Of a DNA stretch of 64,000 bases, positions 11,497 through 23,062 are shown piece after piece. This stretch comes from Antedon mediterranea (Eukaryota > Animalia > Echinodermata), in contig NC_092672.1 in NCBI RefSeq assembly GCF_964355755.1, positions 29,642,437-29,706,436 of the forward strand, given 5' to 3'. Position numbers and translations under genes: made by a program. The notes under the pieces are model-generated. The model searched no databases and had not been told where the DNA came from. It worked only from the letters and a program-made list of their open reading frames with translations. Position 1 is the first letter of the stretch; each line of letters begins with the position of its first letter.

Positions 11497-12779
11497 CATC
11501 ATACAACGATAAGACATCAACCGATTCAATTCAAAACCAGTTATTAAGGTAAAATTTTTAAATTTAAATTAATTTTTGTTTCTATCCACTCTACCATATT
11601 CATATAAAGATATTGTGGAACCACGTCAGGTCAAGTTCAATATTGAATATCAAAACGTGGCAGGCTGAAGGCGCTTGACCTTTGACAAGATCGCCTAAAT
11701 TTTTAATATATTAACTTTACAATACTTAGTGTTGTATATTCTGGTACAGCCGCTCCACAATCTCTTTGCTTTTCTTCCTTATATCTATATTTTTAATTTA
11801 TACTAACAAATATCTTTTTATTAATATAATAATAATATATCAAACATTTATTAAATAATATTTATCGCATAATATGCAATCTACGATAATTGAATAAATT
11901 GATATAACAAATTTATTAAATACATAACATCATTTGAATAAAAAGAACAAATCACATATCTACACATAATCATAACATCGTATACTCTATCTCTAACAAT
12001 TTATTCAATCTTCTATCGACTAAAGCCGAAGTATAGTCGTTATCTCGGGACCGTTCTATGGCCACCACCAGGTAGGCTTACTTCATCAAAGCTGGTACTG
12101 GTTGGGAGCAGAAAAACTAGTAGACCATACCCAGTACCGTTTTGATTACGATCAATCGGGAAATTACCTCACGATGGTTATTGTATAGTTATAGTTTTTA
12201 TATTTCTTTTGTTTTATGTATGCAAAATGCATATTTGTCTATTTATCGTTGATCGTTATCGTCCTAGTGTAAATGGGCCATGGGGTTTCTCCTGTGTTTT
12301 TAATTACCTTTTCCTGTGGTAAACACTTTAATGTGCGCTTGACGAAACATTGTTTACAACCTTCGTCAAGGGGTCAGGATAGTAAAGGGGATTTTCCCCT
12401 TTCCCATCAGGAGACGTGTCTCACTGCACCCGATTCTGCTACTGTTCACAGGTGCTATCTGTAAAACTATAGCAAGTTATACACGTTGCTGTCTGCTATA
12501 AATGCTGTACTTTTAACACACGATACACTGGCTGTAGCACAGTGTGTGTTGACAATTTACAATGATGTACAACCATAGGCAGGTTTTCGTACTGCCATGC
12601 AAGAATGGATAGGTGTTTTCCGCCGCTTTTAGGCCTTCTAGACTAGGCCTAGTCAATTATTGTTATTATTATACGAATTACGTAATTAGTCTAGTAGCTC
12701 ATCTACCTTTTCAGCAGGGCATAATGAATATTGTAGCTAGGCTAGGCCTACTAGTCTAGCGGGAAATCAACCAATTATT

Positions 12780-13340
12780 TGGTTGGATACGAGTTTAGGG
12801 TAGGAAGTTAAGTACGAGTTGGCATGGGTACGAGTCGACCAGGGGTGAATCGACCAGAGTACACCCGGCCGCCCTACTAGAGCATAGGCTACAGGCCTGC
12901 TGGAATGGGAAATCTGTCCTAGCTATAGGCATAGGCCTACATTGGGACGTCCAAAAAAGCCATCCTATGAGCATAAAAAGGCCTCGTAGAGCCAGACATG
13001 TTAACATATACTACACAGTACTAGTACGTCTACCATTTATTATAGTTCCATGGTACTACGGATCACTACTATCTAGGTCTAGTAGGCTAGGGTAGGGTTC
13101 CAGTAATTTCGGTCGCGTTTTTTCAGGAGGGCATGTGAGAGGTGAGGTAGGTTAGCCCAGCTAGGCTAAACTAACATGTAAGTAGTATTCTACCATGGGA
13201 TGGGAACGAGTCGGCATGTGGGTACGGGTTGATCTTTATCCGTATTCTAGGGTGCTGGTCAACCCGTAACGTACCCATGTCAACTCATACCAAACTTGGC
13301 TAACTCGTACCCAAATAATTGGTCAACTCGTACCAATAGC
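12780..13340. mobile_element. DNA-transposon remnants with GGTACGAGTTG/CAACTCGTACC subterminal repeats
   Basis: Repeated gtacgagtt / caactcgtacc motifs at ~12790-12860 and ~13200-13335. Confidence 0.4.
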
Positions 13341-14679
13341 TTTATAGCTTTATTGATAGCTGGGTTCAAATCTAGGTTGGGACGGTTTTTTCTCATTCTA
13401 AAACAGATTTCCTTATAATAATAAAATAATATCGACCTATGAATTTAACTGTAATAATTGTATACATAATATTAGTAGTAATAGTAATTCCCATTGCATT
13501 TATTATTATAATATATTTTACGGTTACCCCTTAATTATACTATAGTATAACTTCCTTGTTATATTTTACAATATTTTCTTCATAATTCAACAATTTCTTT
13601 TCACAGCTAATTATCAAATTGAATCATCACACACCAAATCTCATGAAATCTCTAGTGTATTTCTCCAAGCTAATCCAGCTACATGGTATTGCCTTGAGGC
13701 TAAACTACACTGTATACTGGGCACTACCATCATTCCTGGCCCGTCAACCTGAACCACATTATGGTCCAACACAGCGTGTACTACTGATTCCAAATAGTGA
13801 ATTACATCCTGTGGTCAAGGATTTATTTGCACTTATGCTTATTTCTTCCAACATACAGAGTACGTAGGGCTTTTAATTTGCCTTTTTACCTGTTAATTAA
13901 AAAATCGTTTATGCCTATTGTTGCATAAAGATCAAATTTAGACTGTAAATACTGGGATGATCACCCTAACTGTTGAATTGCATCCCAATACATGGTACCT
14001 ATTGGTATTATATCTATAAATATAAAGTACTCTCTTATAAATAGATGTATCTCTCCAAACTACTCCAACTACCTAATCTAATAATAGTACTATTAGCATA
14101 CTACTGTACACTTTGTAGACAAGAAATAAGTTGTATCCACCTAGAGGACTTATGGTAGTACTGTACAGTCGATCGTCCTCTCACTGGCCTGGTCAACATA
14201 ATCTATGCCTAGATTATTACAGTAATTAAAAAGTACATTATTACAGAGATTTTTTTTTTGCAGAAATCAAAGTTATGTGTATAGAAAGCAGTACTCGTAT
14301 TAAAAACTAAGCAGGTTGTACTGAACGCAAACTGGCAGGATATTTTGAATATTTTTTGTTCATTTTCCACGAACTGGAGACAAAGATATATTACGACCCT
14401 CTTATTTAAATTTATTTGGATAGACCTCCATGTAAATTCATTAAAGGCTATATGATTGTTTTATATTTTAATAATGTGATAGTAGAAAACCATTGTGCAT
14501 AATGACGACTATGAATCTAATATTTACTTGCATTCTCATCTTTTTAACATTTTATTTATAATGCTGGTAATGAATTTACTATTGAAAAGGTCATGTTTCC
14601 ACTTATCTCAAATGTTGGCACCCACCTCTAACCTTGGTAGAACTGACTGTGTTCTACATGAGTACATATAGTAGTGTTT

Positions 14680-15538
14680 TGCTCCCCAACATCCCAACAA
14701 TTTTCTGTTTTTGAAACAAAAAAAAAAGCGTCCGTGTACCAATCTAACAAAATAATAAGTGGCCTAGCCTATTCCGAATTAGTAATTTATACAAACGAAT
14801 TACAGTAACTGTACTTATTTTAGGCTTTTGGGCTTTCGTATTGGATATTCAGTATATCAGCACATTCCGGCTTTTATCAAAGAATATATATCACAAGAAT
14901 GAGTATTCACACGTTATTATAAGAAATGTATAGAGGATTATATTGCTAAGAAAATGGCAGATTTTAAGAATACAACAATACGTTTTTGTATCATACCCTG
15001 CTGCTATACATTCGATTAAGAGCAATTCCCGAAATTATTATTTAAACAAATTGCATTTGGTACAAAATAATTCGATCTTGCATGCTCTTATATATTCTCA
15101 TTGCGTCATCAAATTCAGAATCTATTTTGGTGAAGCAGTCTGATCCAAGTTGCTTCGGTAATCTATGCAGTCATAAATAGGCCTATACCGAATCGGGTAA
15201 ATTAACCACTGTGATAAAGTAAAAGATTACACAGTTTATGTTTTTAGTATAAGCCTACATTTTCGCACAACTTTTCCGTTACATTTATAAACATTTTTTT
15301 CATTGCAGTACACAATATGTGTTTCATTGATATTTATAGACCTAATTTGAGTTCCACACCATGTCGAGTTGATCGATTAGTTTTTGGCCGAGTTGACGCA
15401 GAGCTGAGCTAACTTGGGCCGAATTGACATGGGGCCGAGTTGTTTAGGGCTGAATTTACGCGAGGCCAAGTCGAGATAGTTTAGGGCCGACTTGGATTGA
15501 ATTCATTTGAAGTATTAATGCATTTATACAGATCATTT
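14680..15538 (+). repeat. ~860-bp dispersed direct repeat, copy 1 (copy 2 at 49271-50126)
   Basis: Collinear similarity from gctcccc..aacatcccaacaa to gcatttatacagatcattt. The end carries GGCCGAGTTG subrepeats typical of DNA-transposon ends. Confidence 0.85.
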
Positions 15539-15647
15539 GGGTCCTTCTAAATACCTAAGAACTACTGTACCATCAAACCAAAACCCACCAAGACGGGTTT
15601 CACGGAATCTAAGATCATGAAAACTAAGACCCACTCCTAAGGCAGCG

Positions 15648-16238
15648 GGATGATTCGGCCCTGAGACGAATAGTTATTATTCTTTGATTGTTTTTTTTAG
15701 GGTGGGTTACTATTAGAAGGGTTGGGTTACTATTAGAGTAGTGGGTTACTATTACTAATCTTAAATTAGGCACCTGAAAATAGTAACCCACCCACAACTT
15801 TTCCGGTCAGCAACTCATAGCAAAATAATAAAACAGACGTACAAATAAACAAATTTGGTTGAACTATTTTATAAACTCAAAAACACTCAATCCTCCCCCC
15901 CCCCCACCACTTGAGATCAAAATGCATTATTTCTTATTATTTTCAAAATACGGCTGCATCATGCCATGGGTTACTATTAGAGTAGGGGGTGGGGGGGTTA
16001 CTATTAGAGTAGGGGGATATTACTATAGATTGACTTATAAGGTGGAGTCACTATTAGAAAGGGGGTTACTATTAGAGTGTGGGTTACTATAAGAAGATAT
16101 ACGGTATGAATTTGGTCTAATGTGAGACGTTTTGGCCCACACAGTCAGATGTTTCGGCCCAAAAGTGGGCCAAATCGTCCTACGAAAAGTGGGTCGAATC
16201 GTCCCGGGCCGTATCGTCTCAGAGCCGAATTGTCCCGG
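15648..16238. mobile_element. Nested MITE-like remnants
   Basis: Imperfect inverted ends gggatgattcggccctgagacga / tcgtctcagagccgaattgtccc. Internal TACTATTAGA repeats end in atacggta, a Tc1/mariner-like terminus. Confidence 0.45.
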
Positions 16239-16547
16239 AGTCCATAAGACCTAAGATCACGAAACCCTTATTGTCGTTCCCTTTCGCACCTATCTTGTAT
16301 TTTAACTCTAAATGTGTTAACCAACTTTATCCTGAATACCACACCATACTACTTTTATGAAGAAGAATCAATAAAATAACAAACAAATAAATAAGATTTT
16401 AAAGATCTTAGATTAAATCTTAAAGATTAAATGTTGAGGTGTATATTCAGAGCGTCATTCTGACGTCACACTAGTACTGGAGCATTCTCTACGGAACGCC
16501 ATCTATGCCTTTATTAACTTCAGAAATAGAAATAGTACTACGGTAAC

Positions 16548-17040
16548 TGTTCAAGCGGACCCAATTTAGCACCAGGGGAGCACAGTGATATAAAATAGAT
16601 ATAGGCCTAAGTCACTAAATTTAATATCGTTTCGTATGTTAATACACTGTGCTCAAGTCGATCCAATTTGGCGTCAGTGGAGCACAGTGATATAAAATAG
16701 AAACAAGTCACTGAATTTTAATATCTTTTCGTATGTTAATACACTGTGCTAAGTGGAACCAATTTGTCGCCAGAGGAGCACAGTGATATAAAATAGAAAC
16801 AATTCACTGAATTTTTATATCTTTTTGTATGTTAATACACTATGCTCACGTGGAACCAATTTGGCGCCAGTGAGCACAGTGATATAAAATAAAAAAAAGT
16901 CACTAAATTTTAATATCTTTTCATATGTTAATACACTGTGCTCCAGTGGACCCGCCCAATTAAGTTGAAATATATTTGTGTATGTTAAAATACACTGTGC
17001 TCCCGTGGATCCAATTTGGCGCCAGTGGTGTAGCACAGCG
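16548..17040. repeat. Minisatellite, ~96-100-bp period, ~5 units
   Basis: agcacagtgatataaaata...gttaatacactgtgctc recurs at ~16579, 16681, 16777 and 16873. Confidence 0.85.
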
Positions 17041-20000
17041 AAATAGTCGCATACAAAAACATCGAGAAAAAATACTTCTGGAATTCAAAAATATTTCAAA
17101 CTTGGTATATTATAAATGAATAAATATTTGTTACTCCATCTGTAATGCAAAAGAAAAATTAGTTTTAAGCCACATCAGTGATTTTAATAAATTTCGTTTG
17201 TCAAAGATAAATACTTTTGAATTTAATTTTTATTTAGGTATATTGTTAATTTAATAACTTATAAAATATCAATCTGTGCCAATGGAAGAATTATGGAATT
17301 GTTAGGACTTGATCCCCACTGCAATTGTTTGTTATCAACTGTATGGACGTGTAATTTGAACAAGGGTGTCGGCAACCCAAGTCCTCTATCGCGACAGCTC
17401 CGTCCTCCGTCGGAAAAAAAGATCAAGTCTACACCTGGTGCAACCACCGATCTAAGCTCCCACCGATAGCAATAACATTAACAAGTAATGTAACTCTTCC
17501 CTGGTGTAAATTAACCTGTATTTAAAATAGAATGACTACATATATAAGTGTAATTTCCTCCTACGACGCGAGTGAGTGTATAACTTTGCTTATGAATACA
17601 GCGGTAGTTTTTCCAAACGTTTTAAAAACGTAAAACCTTTGGCTCGAATAAACAAATACTTTATTTGTACAAGACCTTGATTACTTTGACGGAAATTGCG
17701 CCAATGTATACATACCTGGTGAACTTCATAAGGAAATCATGTCATCATTAGACCCCTCAATGTTGAATATGTACGCTAGATACTATAGTATTTAGTAACT
17801 ACAGTATAACTTCACAGACGTTGCACATTGACAATACCCAGTATGGAATTTCATGATTATAAACCAGCTTGTGTTTGTAATGGCATACCAGTTATTGTAC
17901 GTCTGTACTCTATGACTTAAGGCCTACTTGATTGTATATAAACTGCAAGTCATGAGGAAATAAATAAAATACATTTTCATTGTTTATATCAAGTCATCAT
18001 TTTGTTTAAACATATTTTTGAATTGGACATTTTATTTACTTTTATCAACAATTGAGCAACAATCTTTACAAGCGAAATCATTAATTCACTTAATTTTTTC
18101 CCGTCAATGTACAGTGAATAAATGTATTAAAACTACAAAATTTCCTATTCAACATTTGATTTAATTTATGTTTAGCGGGAATACAGACATTAGTTTTAGG
18201 GTATGGAGAGGATTTGGGGATTGTAAAATAGCTTGATCTAAATTCACAAGTAACCTATTATATAGACTATCTAAATAGTATTTATCTCAGAAATTGAGAA
18301 ACTCATTTGCTCAGAGTCAAACTCTCATAATATAAATATTAATGATATAAATAAATATAATTTAAAAGGCCAAACATTAAAATGAATACCCATGTTAATG
18401 ATTGGAACAAAATAATTGAAATTCAAACTAAGTGTGAATTTGTTTAAATATCAATCCGCTAGTGAGGTACTTACAAGGTTTTTAAACAAGTCCGTGTGCG
18501 AATAAAAAATAATAAACGAGGGAATGGACCGGAAACAATTTCGACAACATAAAATGAAAAATATAGATCATGGAATATAGTGACATATTACTCTTCCCAT
18601 GATAAGCCTCTATTTCAAAATCTTTGGATCTGCCTGCCATCATAATGCCTGATTTTTAAATACAATAAAACAAATTTTTAAAGCATAAATCAATTGACTT
18701 CGGTATGATGATAAATTATTATACCAAAATTAGATTTCTACGTACAAACTATAAAAAAAATGCGTTGTCTAAAGGCAGTATAATATAATACTTGTACTTC
18801 AAGAGGCCATGTTTATGCAGAATCTCTTTGTCTCTGTAATATAGAGGTACTGTAGGTCAGAAAACATTGAATGAAAATAGAAAACAAATGTTTACAAATA
18901 CAGGATCATTGGCATATGCAGCTTTTTAATATTATATTCTTAATGGCCCTATTACTACAATAGGATTAGTTGGATTTGTTGGAAGTGAAATGATTGTTGG
19001 TATATCTTATGCAATTCCAGATCATCAACGAAGAGGTCATGTGATGCAAACAATATTATGACCGAAACTAAATATTCGTAACTCATCAAACTTACTGTGT
19101 TTATTTGATAGAGGTTTTCTGTTAAATAATTATTGATTTTGTAGTTTGTCGATGACAGAACAGTATGGTTTGAATTGTAAGTTTATTTTATTGTGTACAT
19201 GCAGGTAAAACAGCAGTCATGATATTTATATAATGCTTTAGTGAAGTTTTAATATATATCACCAAGCGTTAGGCAAAGAGGCTAATGGTTAGTAGGTCTA
19301 TGCCCAATATTAATTATTTCTTATCAGTATTGAGAAAATGTACCTGACCTCTTATTTCTACAAAGTGACATAATAGTAGGATATGCCACAGTATATACTT
19401 CATTTTACTCAACATAGTATAATTAAAAACTGAATGCAATTGGAGTGTGCTACGGTAAAGTAGCCAATGCAAACAGCTTAAAAAACTTTACATACCTGGT
19501 GATTCTGGAAAGATTCCTGTCGCCATTAGACTTAGTGATTTTGAAGAAAATGAACTAGAAACTAGTTAATAACTTCACGCACATTGCACACTGACAATAC
19601 TGTAATACACAGTGGAATAAAGCAAAAGTTGTGTTTGTTAACAGCGTGTATTAGTGATTTGTATTAGATTGTATGGTAGATTGAACACGGACAAAATGAT
19701 TGATATTTAAATCAAGTAGGAATGTATGTTGGTACCAATCTGTGAGTGAGGGCGGTGTTTTTCGACCAATTTTGAACACGGAAAAATGATTGATATTTAA
19801 ATTCAGAGTTTTTCGGACCTAGAGAGATAGATGCCATGTGTTGCGCCTATCCAGAAGAAAGGGACTACCTGTACATTTATATGTATTTTATGTTGTGTCG
19901 CTGTTGCACAATAATTAAAATATAAAGGTGTTAGCAACATGAATGAAATTACTTTGGCTACATGCAGTGTTTGTTGAAGGCATGGTGAAAGAATTTCAAT

Positions 20001-20701
20001 GTACTGATACATGTCTTGAACTGTTTTGATGTTGCACATAATGTTGTGTTACGTTCCTGTGCTTGGAGGAGGATGACTGTAGTTGATGAAGGAATCCAGT
20101 GGTGAAAGGATGCAGATACAATACACTCTCCATCTGGAGAGGCCTGCTTTATTTTCGTAACAACACAAGAGCCTGGGGATTTACTACAAATTAAAAACAA
20201 TTTGAATATCAAAGACAGTTATTTAGCACACATTTATTTTACCGTTTAAATGGTATTTTGATTACGATAAAAAAAAACACTCCATTTCATTTAGACCATT
20301 TTCTTTCACTTTCGAAACTTATAGCGAAGGTAACATTCTCTTAAAAAAACTTAATACCATATGTCTGCGCATATAAATGATTTTGGTCGTATTTGATGAC
20401 ACTGTCTCTAAAACCGTGTCTTAATGGTATGCTACTTTGATAATCTAATTAGTTATAAGTTATAATATTCACAATTTTAACAATTACGGATTGTCTATAA
20501 TTACAGCTATAAACTGGTGTATTTTAAAATAAAATGTAATTGTTTTTCTCGATGCCATTAGTCGAACTAAGATTGCTAATTTTTGTATGCACTTCCATAC
20601 AGGGTATTAGAAGTCATAAAAGTTTTCATTGTCCCACCAAAAACTCAGTAACATAGGGTACGACAGAGTATCTTTTTGAACGAAAGCACTCGTTTTAACA
20701 T

Positions 20702-20795
20702 ACCCAGGTAGCAAGCCCATATGGGAACCATTATGGGACCTATATTAAAGCATATGGGTAGCCTACCATATGGGTTTCCCATATGGGATTCCACT
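20702..20795 (+). mobile_element. CACTA/EnSpm-like terminus remnant
   Basis: cccagg start followed by several ccatatggg palindromic subrepeats. Confidence 0.35.
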
Positions 20796-21829
20796 ATTTT
20801 TACACCCAAGAACCATAGCATTACATGACATAAATGAGGTACGGTTTTCTTTGCAAAATATATCGATATAATTATGTCATTCACGTCTGACGAATCCTCG
20901 AAAATTCAATGATAGATCGCCAAGTACGTCGGTCTTCAGTTTGATGTCTTTTGATGATATACTCTATGTTGTCCAATTAATATTTTTATCCCGGTCAACC
21001 CATGACTTTGGACGTCCTGACATCAGAGTTGCTCGCTCGAATGTTTACCATGCAAAAATATCTTTTCTATAGCCAACGTATAATAGCGTTTTTCTTTAAA
21101 CATAGTATTTTAATACCACAGAATACTGGAATTTATTTTCATCGACGTAGCATACCCCAATTATGATAATCATAACTCAAAAGCACTGATCTTGAGTTTA
21201 GTCAGTGCCCAGGTTTAACATAGGCCTACTGTAATATGCAATTTGAAAGAATAGCGTTTTAACTAAACGAACTTCCTTTAGTTATTCCTCTATAACTTTA
21301 ATTCCGCAAAATATCTATTTCACTGCCCCCTATGAGTATAACACACATCAGAATCCGCTTCCTCTGAATTTTGGATTTATAACGATGTCACTTAAGTGCC
21401 TCGAAGGGCCATCGCTACCACTAACTTTGCCAGGAGAATAAGAGCCGGGAAATGTTATATTTGATGTGATGCTGATAACTTATATGAAGCAAAATATGCG
21501 AATAATGTTGCCAATCTGATACAGATAGTTATGAAGTATTATATAATATGTAAGCAAACAATGGAATAATGATTGGACAAAGAAGAAGACGATGATAATT
21601 TAGTCATTATTCGACACATTAAAACATTTATGTTTTTAAATGATTTATCTAGGAGGAAGACGGCCATTTTTAGGGTTAATCTGTGACAGTTATAATACAA
21701 TGTATCCCATAGGGTCAGATCTAATATCGTGCGTTTTCACATAATTACCATAATATCTATATATACGGTAATTATTATAAAAGTTAAGAAAAAAAATTTG
21801 TCTTCGATCTTGTAGGGGACCGGAATCGG

Positions 21830-22490
21830 AAATTTGAGACATTGCAGTCAATGGTATTTTCGTATATCCCAAAGCCATGAGTAATACTGTAGTTACAATA
21901 CAAAAGGACTAGCCATGTGACTCTCCGAGTTATCAAATTTTGTAGGGGGCGAATCGGAAATTGTTGGGATAGGCCTACTGTCTGGGGCAACTTACATGAA
22001 AAAGTTGATGTCATGGCATTTCCGTATATCCCAAATGGTATTAGTTACAATGTAAAAGGGATTTTGACGTGTGGCTTGATTAAATCTTGTATGAACCAAC
22101 GGGCATTTTTGCGCTACTGTTTGGGGAAACTTCAGGATAAAGTTGCTGTCAATGGTATTTTTGTGCATCCCAATGTGTAGCAGTTACAATGCAAAAGGAA
22201 TTAGCCGTGTGGCTCTTCGCATGATTAAATCTTGTAAGGCCCAACGGGCATTTTTGGGCTACTGTCTGGGGCAACTTACAGGATAAAGTGGCTGTCAATG
22301 GTATTTTTGTGCACCCCAATGTGTGACAGTTACAATGCAAAAGGAATTTGCCGTGTGGCAACTTACACGATAAAGTTTTTGTCAATGGTATTTCCGTATC
22401 CCAATGTGTCTCTTGATATGAATAACACCAATTTTTCGTGGTCACTTGGGGCTACTGTCTCGGGTAACTTACAGGATAAAGTTGCTGTCA
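21830..22490. repeat. Degenerate tandem repeat, ~90-160-bp units
   Basis: gtcaatggtattt..atcccaatg..gttacaatg..ggcaacttacaggataaagttgct recurs about five times. Confidence 0.8.
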
Positions 22491-23062
22491 TTTCTGTTTG
22501 AACATTCTATAAACATACGGACAATGTCCAACAACTTTTATCCGTGTGGCTTTTTAAATGATTTTAATCATTTAAAAATGTTTTACCCCTCCTATTACGT
22601 GTCCCCAGGGAAAATTTACAGGATATGACCGGCAGCAATATTGATTATTGAATCTTAGCCATTTATCTAAATAATCAGCCCATCAAACCTTTTGTGGTTT
22701 TTTACATGAATACATTCTCTGGGCGCCCGGTCTAGACGCTATAGTGCTGCAAACATCACAGGTTTGATTTCACGCAATTTTGTTTCCTATATACTGTAAT
22801 ATATTGGTTTTTCCTCTTCAAAGCGATTGTGTAATAATAATTATTCTTCTATTGTATCATGTGACCTTCAAACTATATTTGTACTGAAAACGATAGACCT
22901 ACTTTAACTTATACGATGTAGTATTGTATTATTATTACTTCATACTGCATGTATACAGTAAGCCCCAGGAAAAACTAAGTCATGCATTACAAACGTACGC
23001 GCTGCGCCGAGCTAAAGAGGTCATTAAACTGTATAATGTGTGGACATTGATAGAGGCCAAAT

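Larger units (their letters stand above)
3371..12173. mobile_element. 8.8-kb fold-back element: arms of ~965-bp tandem units in inverted orientation
   Basis: Starts cgtgaggtaatttcccgattgatcg and ends cgatcaatcgggaaattacctcacg. Left arm 3371-8720 (~5.5 units); right arm 8723-12173 (~1.6 units, inverted, interrupted by 9568-11496). The empty site is visible at ~32840. Confidence 0.9.
2520..12279. mobile_element. PIF/Harbinger-like MITE (TIR GGCCCATTTACACTAGGA), disrupted by a LINE fragment and the 8.8-kb fold-back element
   Basis: TIRs ggcccatttacactagga at 2520 and tcctagtgtaaatgggcc ending at 12279. An intact 407-bp copy lies at 32724-33130. Confidence 0.8.
423..12426 (+). repeat. Inverted segmental duplication of the NLR 3' flank (left copy, with three extra insertions)
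   Basis: 423-2026, 2329-2547, 3106-3370 and 12174-12426 are collinear reverse complements of 35032 down to 32577. Example: gattattcctctcctactcaaacgttctgccatctcaatgtgtgc vs gcacacattgagatggcagaacgtttgagttggagaggaataatc. Confidence 0.95.

Noticed and set aside
7235-12173. Palindrome as a long-read fold-back artefact
   Set aside because: The arms differ by SNPs, indels and a TSD-flanked 1.9-kb insertion, and both ends rejoin the flanks predicted by the empty site. Not fully excluded without reads.
13358-13392. tRNA gene (ggttcaaatc B-box)
   Set aside because: No cloverleaf or A-box; at most a SINE head remnant.
13607-13867. Possible plus-strand exon
   Set aside because: An acceptor-like site is present, but no recognisable protein motif or consistent open frame with a donor.
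16548-17040. CRISPR-like array
   Set aside because: Whole units are repeated with no unique spacers, the context is eukaryotic, and no cas genes are present.
19803-20212. Overlapping minus-strand ORFs with coding-like composition
   Set aside because: No family could be recognised; at most a pseudo-exon.
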